Source: Stegostoma tigrinum (lineage: Eukaryota). Taken from it: 64,000 nt of DNA. The stretch covers positions 3,100,001 to 3,164,000 of the forward strand of contig NC_081358.1 in NCBI RefSeq assembly GCF_030684315.1, written 5' to 3'. This document shows, in pieces, positions 12,121 to 24,458 of this stretch. The stretch's first letter is position 1; every line of letters begins with the position of its first letter. A program made the position numbers and the translations under genes. The notes under the pieces were generated by a model. It did not search any database. It was given only the letters and a program-made list of their open reading frames with translations, and had not been told where the DNA came from.

Positions 12121-15100
12121 AAGTATTATCTAACTGACTCCCTCCGACTCACTAACTCTCATCTTACCTGAGTAATTCCCAACCATACAAATCTCTTGAC
12201 CCAGTTTGACTACACACCCCATCCTCTGACTACCCTAGTTGCCTGCTCAGTTTCCAGCCTGGTCAGCTGCTGTCATACCCATCTTCCACTCTACCCACCT
12301 ACCACCCAACTAAAGTACCACTTGTCCAACCCACTATCTATTCACTTACCTCACCCACTCTACCCCAGTCACACATCAACACAATCGTTGTTGTGCATTC
12401 ACTCACATATTCATTCACTAACACAGAGGTTGTTTAAATGACCCAAAACTTTTCAGTTAGTGGGCATTCACAAAAATATGGTAGCTAGTGCCTGAAAAAA
12501 GACTGTAAATTAGCTTTCCAGATAAAGCAGCAATAGAGTAAATTTAGTTTAATTTAAGATATGTTTCTCATTTCTTAAGAAGTCAGAATGTGCAGATTGG
12601 TCATGGCACAGAAAGTTAGAAACAGAGCAGTAAACCAAAGGTGGTTGCCATTCCTCAGGCGAATCTGGCCAGAGTTAAATTCTCGGATCATGCTCTCTAA
12701 TCAGAACAAGAATGCGATGTGCTTTAGAAGTCATGTCTAATTCTCAATTTTCAAGCAAAAATTTGTAATATTTTGCATTCTAGTGAGTGTTGCATTACCT
12801 TTCATAGGTGATAACTGTCAGTCAACAATGAAATCACTTCACTAGAATTTTAGATAATTACATTTGCATACCTTAGGAGTTTAGCCCCATAGGAATGCGA
12901 ATGAGTTGGACTGTTCTTCCAAAGAACTTGCACACACATGATGGGCTGAATTACTTCATTTCTGTGTTGCATGATTCTCTGATCCTTTTCAGGGTATAAC
13001 ACAGACCGCAAGAACATGAGAACAAAGCATTTTCTGCAAAAACAAGTCATTTAACTATGCAGTGCCTTTAAAGACTGCAGGATATCATAACGTACTTCGC
13101 AGCCATGAGATGCGCACTTTTCTCTTTTCTATTCTACTTAACATAAGACCATATGAAATAGGAGCAGAAATTAGGCCATTCGGCCTATCGAGTCTGTTCT
13201 GCCATTCAATCATGGCTAATAAGTTCCTCAACCCGATTCTCCTACCCCCACACCCCCCCGCCGAACTCTTGATCCCCTTGATAATCAAGAACCTATCTAT
13301 CTATACTTTCGTTTCCATACTTACTACATCATTGAAAATAAGACACATGGCAACATGGTACTTCTGAGGAAGGGTCACCGGACCCGAAACCTTAACTTTG
13401 TTTTCTCCTTCCCAGATGCTGCCAGACCTGCTGAGCTTTTCCAGCGACTCTGTTTTTGTTGCACGTGGCAACGAACTGTGTACAGCAAGCTCCACAAGTA
13501 GCAATTTGATAATACATAGATTATTTTGTGGAATCAATAGTGGGATACACATTGGTGAGAACACGGGGGATAGATTCCTGCTTTGCTTCAAAGTTGGGCC
13601 ATTGGATCTTTTACACGCAACTAACAGGGCAGTCAAGGCCTGAGATTAACATCTCATGCAAAACGTGGCTATTGGTATCACTTGTCAGTGCTGTACTGGC
13701 TGGTCAACCTCAATTGCTTGGGTTTAAACTGGAAACTCAAAACCGGCTGACTCAAGGGAAAGCCTGTTACTAGTTGAGCCACAGTTGTGGGCACTTTGGT
13801 GACCTCCAACCCCAGCACCACCCCATTCCTCACTTAAAGACACGATGCAAACTCAGACACAAAAAATGTAGTATATCAGGATCACTCTCGCCCTCTACTT
13901 GCAATTTAGTCTCAATGTTTAATCCCCAATGGACTGACAACTAAAATTTGAAGCAAACACAATAGTTGCCCACTTCCCTGCCGAATACTTACGTACCACC
14001 TCTCTAATCTCCTCATGCACTGGAAACCTCCCCATTTATGCAAAATCCTCCAGTATTTTGAACGCTGAAATTTCTGCATTCGTCCCTTGATGAATTCTTG
14101 TGCATTTTCATTTTCATTCGCTCCACCTCTGATTCATGTCTTTCAAATATCCAGGCACTAAATTTTAGAATACCTTCCCTAAGCCCCTCTGCCTCCTACT
14201 TACTTATACTTAACTCTTTTACCAAGATTTAGCCACCTGTCCTACCATCTGGTTATGCGTCAAACGTAGTCTGGCAATATTTCTCTGTTGCCTAGGGATA
14301 TTACATCATACTGAAATATATACGTAAGTTGTTGACATGGTTGCACAACTAGTTATGTATGGATCCGAACTAATTTCGAAGTTCAAGTACCTAGCTGCAA
14401 GCAATAATCTTCAAGGTGAAGGATCCCAAAATATCAATTTCCCCCTGAAAATTACTCCGGGGTATCAGTCGGTAAAGAACATGGCTCAGTTTACTTGCCT
14501 TATCTGTGTAGATCAGGTTTTTGTTATCTCTGTTCAGGTTTGTAAATTGCCGTCAGAAATAATTCGGATTAAAATGCATAAATTTGAAACTTTAACCGTC
14601 GGTGTAGGCTGTCTGCTAACAAGTTCTAGTTCTGGATGCCTTAGTGTGTAGGATTTCCAGCACCCTCAATATTTCGTGGTTGCCCAAAGTAACGACGAAG
14701 CAAACAGCGAATGCGCTATTCCTGACCAACTTCTTCTTCATTTTCGGTCCTCGAACATCGCTTTGAAAATAAGTGCGGGGTTTCTCGGCATCTGTAAGTT
14801 ATTCCCCACAGGAAATGGACATTAGGAATGGGATTTTAATTGAGGCTAAGCGACAGCCTGTTTAACTTATGAAAATGCCTCTGTGCTCTTTTGCAGCTTT
14901 ACCTACCAGCAAAATGGGAGAAAATATTAGACGAAACGAACAAACCTTAGAGTAAGAAGGTGGGTTTTCAGAACAGTCTTACGGGATGAGGGAGAGCTGG
15001 CGTGATTTGGAAAGTATTTTAACTGTATTGGCTTTGCTAATTAAAAGTGGGGGGAAAGGCAAACGTGTCTGAAGGTTTGTTGAGCAGTTCTCTGCCCGCA

Positions 15101-15142
15101 TCACTTGTTTGGAAATCATGCTTTCGAAGTTGTCTGTGGCAT

Positions 15143-15512
15143 ATAGTCATCCAGCATGGAAACAGGCCCTTCGGTCCAACCAGTCCATGCTGAACATAGT
15201 CCCAAACTACCCTAATCCCACCCTGCCTTCTCCTGGCCGCATCTCTCCAAACCTTTCTTATTCATGTACTAGTCAGTAACTTTTAAATATTGCAAGTGCG
15301 CCGGCTCCCACTTCCTCAGGGAGTTCATTCTACACGCGAACCACCCCGTGTAAAAAAAATGCCCCATGTCCTCTTTAAATCTCTCTCCTCTCATCTTAAA
15401 ACTACGCCCTCTAGTCTTAAAATCTCCCATTTGAGAGATAAAAACCTACCATTTAGCCGATCTATATCCCTCATGATTTTATAAATCTCTATAAAGTCAT
15501 CTCTCAACCTCG
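15143..15512 (-). mobile_element. CR1 3' end fragment
   Basis: Same 3' sequence as the 4845-5480 copy. Confidence 0.65.
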
Positions 15513-16164
15513 TCTGCGGTCTTTCCCCGATGGTGCTTTGTCTTGCTTTCTCTTTCTCAGTCCTCTCCTACAACTAGCCCCCTCATTGCTCTCCCAACAT
15601 CCCGCTCGTCTCGTCTCAAATAATATTGATCTTATTCCGTTACAGCAACAGGATCCCTCAACTTTGTCAGAGACTTTCTAACTGCGAAGATTTTTTTAGG
15701 GAGGGTGTTCTAAGGTCTTGACTCACTAATAAAGAAGAAGAGGCGAGAGATGTCCCAGTCAGGAACGTGTTCAGTTTGCAGGTGAAGCTACTGCCGCAAG
15801 TTTGCAGTTCCCGTCTATGTGGTTGGGGGCCGTTGGTTTGGGACGTGTTGTTGATTTGATCATCCTGTGTCACAACGCTAAAACTGCCAGAACAAGACTA
15901 AATCAACTTACGCCCTTACCTGTCCGCTTGAAAAGTTCTTGTGTAATTCAGCCAATACTTTATTTTACAGATTAAAAATACGATGCGGTAGAAATCTGAC
16001 TGAAAGGCGTGGTTTGTGTCAGATGTGTGGCAAAAACCAGGTCACAACGATACGAACAGTGCTACGCCATATACTGGCAGGAAATTGTCAACCGCACAAT
16101 ATTTTGTCATGTTCATTGCCCTGTATATTAAGCACAGATGTTAGTGCAGGAGCATCATAGAACG

Positions 16165-16204
16165 ATGTTGCTGTGTTGGGTCGCATTAGTGGTATTTTTA
16201 CCGC
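16165..16204 (+). CDS. TRGV: TRGV #3 leader exon (MLLCWVALVVFLP+R)
   Basis: ATG 16165, canonical donor GTAAGT at 16205. Confidence 0.9.
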
Positions 16205-16279
16205 GTAAGTTGATTTTATTTTATTTTGTTTACTTCAGACTGTAAACATATCTCTAATTTGGTGTTTATCCTCCCACAG

Positions 16280-16568
16280 GCAAGTGTTTTACCCAAGATT
16301 TGAAGCAGAATCAACTTTCGTTGACAGGCGAATGGGGAGTCATGTTGTAATTACCTGTGAGCTGAGTAAATCAGTCGGTTCTTCCCCCATCCACTGGTAC
16401 AAGCAGGCAACAGGACAACGACCTGCCTGGTTGTTCCTTAACAAAGGGGAGGATAATGTATTAAATGGAAGATTTAAAGCATTGAAATCTGGGCTCAGGC
16501 AACATTATCTGCGTATTGAAAAAATAAAGACGGATGATGCCGCCACCTATTATTGTGCCTACTGGGGT
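16280..16568 (+). pseudogene. TRGV: TRGV #3 V exon with a 1-nt frameshift in FR1 (pseudogene or sequence error)
   Basis: After acceptor cccacAG the spliced frame reads KCFTQDLKQNQLSLT then stops at TAA 16348-16350. The rest (RRMGSHVVITC...HWYKQ...DAATYYCAYWG) is in another frame; one base is missing near 16325. Confidence 0.8.
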
Positions 16569-16607
16569 CACAGCGTGAAACAGTAATTCAATCCTCTTAC
16601 AGAAACC
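16569..16607 (+). other. 23-RSS of V3
   Basis: CACAGCG + 23 nt + ACAGAAACC. Confidence 0.9.
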
Positions 16608-18009
16608 CTCAATCTTGCATTTCAAACATCATGTCAAAACCACAGTCATGATTGAAAACAACCATGACGTTCCTTCAACTAAAACGTAGACTCTCGAACA
16701 TTACAAGACACAAGTACGAAGTAAATCGCTACTCTCGCCTCTCTTTGAAAGTAAAACGCTGCAGATGTTGTAGACTCGAAATAAAAACGAGAAGTGCTCG
16801 TCTGGTCGCATTTGCGACTCATAATGGACTCGAAACATTAGCTCTGTTTCTCTTGACGCAATGTAGCCAGGTTGGCTGAGTTTCTCTGGTACTTTATATT
16901 ATGGTTACAATCCCCCCCACCCCGCACCCCACTCCCTCTCCATTCCTTTAGAGACCCTGGGGCATCACAGGAGAACAGACACAGGGTAAAGCAGTTGGGT
17001 GAAATATCCCGTCGATTCTTCCACAGACGGGAGCACTAACACTGACTAAATCTTCAAGCTACTATTTGTCAGTCGCGATTGTTTTCCGATTATTTCTGTG
17101 ACTCAAAGTTAACCACCTGTAAATATTTGTCCTTAGTTAGAAGCGTTTCCTTCTGTAATCTCCCCTGCTTCGTGTCTTATCCTACATTTTACGGTTCACC
17201 AACATCCTTAAATTATGCTTCGCTGCCCCACCATTATTCAATCCCTACGGTCCACACAGGTAACACTTTTGGTGCCATCCTCTCCCGTTCAACTTTTCTC
17301 TCGACCTCCAGAGATTTAACACCAAACCCAACATTGAGTCTACAAATGAATCACAATTTCCTCACTTTTCACAATCTCTGCTCACTTCCCTTCTTCTCTT
17401 GCCACACCTCCTTTATTAACACTTGATTCTGTTCAATTTTTTAAAAATGGATAGGTGCATGGGGAAGTCACTTACTCAAGTGAATTTACACCGTTCAATG
17501 AGATTATGTTGAATTACAAGTTCAGTTTAATTAACTCTCTTCTGCTCGATGTTTCTCAATCCGAAAGATTCGAAATTACCCTTGAAAACGTCAATTGGCT
17601 CCTAGCAGCTGCAGCTGTTTTTGAGAGAGGGTGTGGGGATGGATGGGAATTCCAGCTTCCCACTCCCTTTGGTGTGATGAAGTGATTCCCGACATCGCCC
17701 CCAAACAGCCCAAATGTCACCCTTGTTCAGTGTTGCCCACAAAAGGAGTGTTCTCCTGCATCTAATAATATTATTCTAACATTTTAAACACAATAATTCG
17801 ACCATTCCCCAATTACCCATAAACAAAAGAGTAAAACTAGATTTCTGCAAGTTATTTTTATTCTGGTGAGCCTACCCTGCAAACCTTCCAGTACTATGTA
17901 ACCTTCTCGAGGTTGAGCGTCAGAAATTGCAATACTTTCAAATTGGGTCTGATCATGGCTGTACACATCTGAACCATCACCGCTTCACATCGTATTCAAA
18001 TTCTTTGAG

Positions 18010-18330
18010 AGTTGTGGTTCAGTGGCAGCATTTTCACTGCTGAGTTGGAAAGTCATGAGATTATGCGCCGCTCCAGAGGACTGCCCTTATAATTTAGACT
18101 GATTTTCCTGTGTAGTACTGAGGGAGTGCTACATTTTTGAGGCGCTTTGTCACAGCTGGTATATGAAAGAGGCATTGCTTGCGCTTTCAGAACGCACAAA
18201 ATTCGTGTCAGAGCGGGAAAGTTATCCTTTGTGCCCTGGCCAGTATTTATCCTTCAGCTGAAACTGTGTCTCATTTAGCTGATCTCATTTCGGTAGGTGG
18301 GGCAATGTTTTACGCAGATTGGCCGTTGTG
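18010..18330 (+). mobile_element. Old tRNA-derived DeuSINE/SacSINE-like element
   Basis: A-box-like gtggttcagtggcagca head and Deu-domain-like gtagtactgagggagtgct. Confidence 0.5.
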
Positions 18331-19974
18331 TGTTTATCTTACCACAGTCATTACACCAGACTTTGGTGTTTTCTTTGACCAAGTGAGCAAGATCAGAGCA
18401 TACTTCTTAATTACACTTTTTTTTTACTGAGGCCTACCATGTAGTCACACGAACATCAAATTTCTATGGTTCTTTCACATTGCCCAGATTCTCACCATTA
18501 AGTACTGTACATATTCCAATTCCTCTTTTCTCGGCTCCAAAGACAATTCCTCACATCAAACTGCATTTGCCATAATTTTATCCATTCACTTATACTACTA
18601 ATTTTCATTTGTTACTCGCTGGCCTCATCTCTACAGTCATCGGTGTTTAACTGGCACACCTGGACACGCAACTCTCTATCCCTTTATCCACCAACATCTC
18701 TCTGGCCAAAAGTAACTTCGGGGGTCCAGTGCAAGATACCGAAGTAAAAAACCCCTGTCAATTCCCATTATACAGAATACATCCTCAAGGCAAATTCCTC
18801 CCTATGTTTTCCTGCTGATTCCAAAACAATTATCATCCCATGTCACCTTGAGTTTTCAATTTTACTAATAAGCTAGTGTAGAACCTTATCAAATCGCGAC
18901 TGAAAATCCACGTAGTACGCATTCATAAACAAACCCCCCGTCATCGCCAGGAAAAAAAGCCAACTAGATCAGTCAGATGTGACCTATCCTTTCACAGGGA
19001 TATGCAGATTCTCTGAGCAATTCATGTTCCTTCAAGTGCGTGGTAACTACGTATTCACGAAGACAGCCTCCAGCCACATTGCCACAATCACTGACTCTAG
19101 AATTTTTTGTGAAATTACGACAAACGCATTAGTAATATTCTTACTCCTTTCTTTTACTGTCCAGTTTGGAAAATATCAGATCCTGGAGATTCATTTCTCT
19201 GAATTTTCATTATTTTCATACTTGTCTTTATTTTTAAACTAAGCTTGTTTCCCTAATATACTTTTTAGGTTTCTGGTACATCCGTTCATACGTTTGTGAT
19301 TGTATGCTTAATGTGAAAACTGAAACAAAACACTTACCACTTATAGTCTCACCCGCATGTGGGCCCTTAATTCCAAACCGACTGCTCGCTGTCTTCCTGT
19401 TGATTTCCACCAAGCAGAGATTTTAAAAAAAGACAAACTAAATATACCATTGAAACTTCTATATCACCACCAATGGTCTCGGACAGTACTAAAACATTGA
19501 CAAAAGCCGGGTAAGAACACTCAGTAGATTTGGTAGTGTCTGTGGAGAGAGAGAGAGAGAGTTAACGTCTCGAATCGAATATGACAAATATGATAGCTTT
19601 TATGTTGTCCTGATCAGGTTCAGGAAGAGCGAAAAGAGAGTCAAAGATTGGATAAAGAGTGGGAGAGATAAATTAACAAAGCTGTACTGAAACAAAAGTA
19701 ATTGAGTGCATTTAAGACAGAGGTAGATAGATTCTTCATAAGTAAGGGCATCGAGGGCGACTGGGAGAAGGCAGGAGGATGGAGCTAAGAAACATATCAG
19801 TCATTATTGAATGGTGGAGTGCACTCGATGGGCCCAATGGGCTAATTCTGCTCCTCTATCTTATAGTTTTATCTCATAAAAGGAATGGTAATGGAGAGAG
19901 GGTGTGGTAATGGCAGAATAATGAATAGCTCAGTCTCAAAGCAAGAACATCAAAAGAATATACAACTAATGGTG

Positions 19975-20700
19975 GAGCCTTGGGTAATGCTGTAGAACAC
20001 GGAACGAGGAGTGCAGGGACACAATTCCTTGAAGTTTGCGTCACATGTAGACGGGATGGTTAAAAGACGTTGACCAGTCTTGCATTCATTGCTCAATCCT
20101 ATGAGTATAGAAGTTGGAAAGTCAATGTTGCAGTTGTACAGGACATTGGTGAAGCCTCTTTGAAATACTGTGTCCAGTTCTGGTGGTCCAGCTATTGGAA
20201 GGCTATTATTAACGTGGAGGAGTTCGGAAAAGATTTAGCAAATATTTCTGGATACGAAAGTTTTGAGTTAGAAAGAAAGGCTAAATAGGCTGTTTTTTTT
20301 TCGCTGGAGCATGGAAGGTTGAGAGGCGACATGATAGGAGTTTATAAAATAATGAGAGGTGCAGATAGAGTTAATGGTCGTTGTCTTTTCCCTAGGATGT
20401 GGGATTTCGAGAATTGGGGGCACATTTTAAGGCGAGAAGAGAGAGATTTAAAGAAGATATAAGGGGAAAGATTTTACACAGAGGGTGGTTCGCGTGTGGA
20501 ATAAACTTCCTGCGGAAATGGTAGATATAGGTACAATTAGAACGTTTAAAAACGCTAGGATAAGTACGTGAATAAGAAAGGTTTAGAGGGATTTAGGCCA
20601 GGAACAGCGGTGTCGGAATGGTTTAGTTCGGGGCTGTGTTCGTCATGGCCTGAGTGGACCGAAGCGTTTGTTTCCGTGCTGTATGACTCTATGACTCTAT
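19975..20700 (+). mobile_element. CR1 3' fragment
   Basis: LKYCVQFWW and ctatgactctatgactct tail. Confidence 0.7.
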
Positions 20701-21164
20701 AACAGAATAGATTATTAAAATAGTAATTTATTGTCATTTGTATTATTTACAAAAGAAAGTGTAAAGTGTTTAAGTCGAGTTTCTCTGGCGCATATATTAA
20801 TAACACAAATCATATTTTTAAAAATTAAGACCAAGTCCATCTTTGTTCAATTCATAGCTCATGCCGTTCCAAAGGTAAAATAAACATAATGGAGGACTGA
20901 ATTCATAACCTGAAACTGTTGAATAAGATGGTCTGTTACAGTGAGGTAAGTAATTCTATGACTCCTCCCACTGGTGTGGGTCTGTGAATTGGAGCAGAGG
21001 CGTTGTTGATGACCCAGAGCGGATACTCCAGGCTCCAGCTAGAGGCAGATCACAAATTTCACGCTGGCCGAGGGGGTCGAAGTCACTTCTTTCATAATTG
21101 TCAGTGCCCTCCAGTGAGACTAGGAACAAGACTTTCTATGCAAACAGACCCAGATTGGGACAAT

Positions 21165-21204
21165 ATGATGCCTTACTTCGTCCTGGTGCTCATCTTGATG
21201 CCTT
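21165..21204 (+). CDS. TRGV: TRGV #4 leader exon (MMPYFVLVLILMP+S)
   Basis: ATG 21165, donor GTAAGT at 21205; 185-nt phase-1 intron. Confidence 0.88.
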
Positions 21205-21389
21205 GTAAGTTTGCTGCAAGAAAATTAAACCGTTTCGACTATTCATTCTGACACAGCGTCGTAGAACCATGTCGTCCATTCTGGCTGTGTTGGTTCCTTT
21301 AATGAACTCCGGTGTGGTGTGATGTAAACACCAACACCATCGGGATGGGGCTCTCTGGTAAAAATGATCTTTTGTGCTTGTGTCTCCAG

Positions 21390-21688
21390 CCGCTGGTGAA
21401 ACCCTCATGTCTTTGAAGCAGGCTTTGTCGCTCACCCGGTCCGCGGGAATGACAGCACGATTCGTCTGTCGGATTGAAGGGTCGGATCACATAGCGTCCC
21501 AATCTATCTACTGGTACCAGCAGAAAGGTACAGTTATTCGCGGGATAGGCGTTCTCCGGTCCCGGCAACTCGCCTGGCTGCATACCGACTTCACCTCCCG
21601 ATTCAATATCGGAATTGTTGAACGTTCCATCCTCCTTATTATCAATGAACTTGTATTGAGCGACACGGCTACCTACTACTGCGCTGCA
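21390..21688 (+). CDS. TRGV: TRGV #4 V exon, open but divergent
   Basis: AGETLMSLKQ...ARFVC...IYWYQQKG...SDTATYYCAA, in frame with the leader. Confidence 0.9.
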
Positions 21689-21727
21689 CACGGTGCAATC
21701 GTTGTTTTGAACCCCCGCACAAAAACT
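21689..21727 (+). other. 23-RSS of V4
   Basis: CACGGTG + 23 nt + ACAAAAACT. Confidence 0.9.
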
Positions 21728-21989
21728 TTCTGCTTTGTCAAGTTGCAGGTAGGCGTTCCCACAGTTTATCACCCATCCCCCATCCCCAAAGCGCAGATGT
21801 GAGATAGTGGCAGTTCTGGAGGAGATTTCCTCCTTTCAATTTCCAAATCCTCCTCCCAGTCGTCGGACGAAGCCGTGTTTGCTCATCATGGTCCCTGGGG
21901 CATGAGCTCAGGCTACAGATCCCCTTGTGCATTGTGACAAGTTGTTGATCCCCCTCCGCCCAGCCACTCTCCCCCTCAGCAAAGCCACA

Positions 21990-22870
21990 ACAAATGGAAA
22001 TGACCATCCCAAACCTGAGAGAGAATTTAACCAGCAAGCCATCAATGAATCCACCATTTTGCAGGACTTATCATCAATCAGGAGCCGATAATGTCAGAAG
22101 CTATAAATCCTGCAAGCTGTTGAGCAAATCCATTGGAATCAGAGGGTACATTCTCCACTGGCTGGAGTTATACAAAGGATAATAGTTGTGGTCATTAGAG
22201 GTCAGTCATCTCGTGTCCAGGACATCTCTGCAGGAGTTACTCAATGTGGAGTCCTTGACATAATCATCTTCGGGTATTTCATCAATGCCCTTCCCTCAAT
22301 CATAAGGTCTGAAGTGGTGATGATTGCACAATGCTAAACACCATTTGCAAATCTTCAGATACTGAAGAAACCAATGAATCAGCAAGATCTGGACAAGATC
22401 GAGGTCCTGGGCTGAAAGGTGGCAAGTACACTAAACTTTACACCCCACAAAATGCTAATCAATGACCATCTCCAATGAGAGAAAATTAACTTAATAGACA
22501 CCACATTCACAAACATTCATTCTCCACCTCTGACCCACATTTGCAGCATTGTGAATCATCGACAAGATGCATTGTGCAAATTCACCAAATTTCCTAAGAT
22601 AACACCATCCAAACTCACGATCACGATCAACTGGAAGGATAACAGCAGTACATCCGTGAGAATACCATCCCTACAAGATCCTTTCCAAACCACTCACCAT
22701 CCAGGCTTTGAAATATATTGTTGTGTCTTCATTTTCACTGAGGTAAGATGCTAGAATACCCTCCCCAACTGAATAGTGAGGTATCTGCACCAAATGGACT
22801 GCAACGATTCAAGAAGGCAGCTCATCACTATTTTCTGAAGGAGACATAGATATGGACAAAACACAAACAC
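21990..22870 (+). mobile_element. Degenerate LINE RT fragment (CR1/L2 clade)
   Basis: KLLSKSIGIRGYILHWLELY and a degenerate GVPQGSVLG/FINDLP-like segment. Confidence 0.55.
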
Positions 22871-24458
22871 TGGTCCAACCAACAGAGGACACATGACTGT
22901 AATAGCTTTTAAGATAACCTGCAACACCAGTTACGGATTGACATTAATAACTTCCCTAGCAACTACCTTGACCACGTCAGGCAAAACCCACTACAACTGG
23001 GGGCTCCCTCTGAGTATTCTAGAAAGGGGCAGGGATTGTGATAGAATTGTCCAAATTCCATTCATTTAAGGCAACTGATGAAGATTACAACTGAAATCTT
23101 TCCAGTTTCTCAACTCTATCATCTTGCTTGGTTTCCCATTATCCACCACTTCACCACTGGACCAGATAGCCTCAATAATTTTTGAAGAAACCTATTATAT
23201 GCACAGGACATTTGGACACAAAGAAGCTGAGAAGGCTGAGAGGGACTTTTGATATTTAAATGCATGAGAGAATCGGTAGTCAGGGATCAAGTTGTAAGAG
23301 TAACAAACTTAGTAAAAATATTTAGTTTCATGTGGTTATTGAGAAATGGTGGTGAATGCTGCTGCAAAATACTATAGTAGGATTTGTATTAAAGAGGCAT
23401 TTGTTTTTATTGTTTTTATTTTCTTTCAGGAGAACAGCATGTGAGAATTTAAGCTGAATCTTCCTTTATTGCAAAGGGGTGTGTTCATAGAATATATATT
23501 GAACTGTTGATTAGTGATAGCTACTGAGTCTATTATTCTGTTAAGTTTCTAATAAAGTTAGGTTATTCCAAATTCCTCTTTCCTTGGCCATATTTTAACC
23601 ACACTCTTTAAATAAATTGTGTTTTGCATAACATTGAGTAGTTTGAGCAGTTGCCTTGCATCTGGAAAAGACACTTTACGTTTGCCTTCGGAATAAGAAA
23701 AAGTTAGGGTCTAGGCTAAATCTTTTAAAAATTCAGACTGCCTGGTCTGGTTCAGAGCAATTCCCTTTTTATATATTGATCATCTACAGTTCCATCAGTT
23801 CTACATGATGTGTTCTAAGGTTTTGTCACTTATTATGTAAAAAGGTTCTTCGATATAGCTACCCTGCATTTCTTGCCTTAAACCATAAATCTGTCGCTCC
23901 AAGTTCTTTCACAATGAGCTAATGGAAACAGCTATTTGTGTGTGATTCAAGGTATTTAGGCCAGACATCTCAACGACTGGTGGATCATATCAATCAAAAC
24001 ATTCCATTGGCTGTTCACAACAGGCATACTACCAACTGTACTCAACCAGTCCACTGCTGCTTTGCTAATTATTCTGTCAGTATGTCCTAAAATCTTCAAA
24101 GATTTATGTAGACAAAGGCCAAGCCCCTCTGTTTCTGTAAATCCTTTACACTGGTGCCTTTGTTTAATTGGCCTCTTGCTAACCCCTCTGCCAAAATTCA
24201 CACCTCTCTGCATTCACCATATTAAATGCCATCTCACAATATTTTGATTATTCCACCTTCTTTCTGTCATATATCCAAAGACACTATCATTGGCAAATTT
24301 TGATAAGTTACTGTGTATTCCTATCTCCATGTTACAGACGTATGAAAAAGGCAGTAACAGCAGCTCTGAAACTTAGGAAGCACCTTTGTCTACGATCTTA
24401 AAGTTGGGTATTCCTACAGTCACAGGAATTATAAGTATCTGCATTAAACTGCACACTC

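Noticed and set aside
14516-14524. Perfect nonamer GGTTTTTGT
   Set aside because: No heptamer at 12 or 23 nt
15779-15860. QVKLL start resembling an IgH V
   Set aside because: Frame stops within ~26 codons with no V-domain motifs
23220-23760. Possible solo LTR
   Set aside because: No clear TG...CA termini, TSD or second copy visible
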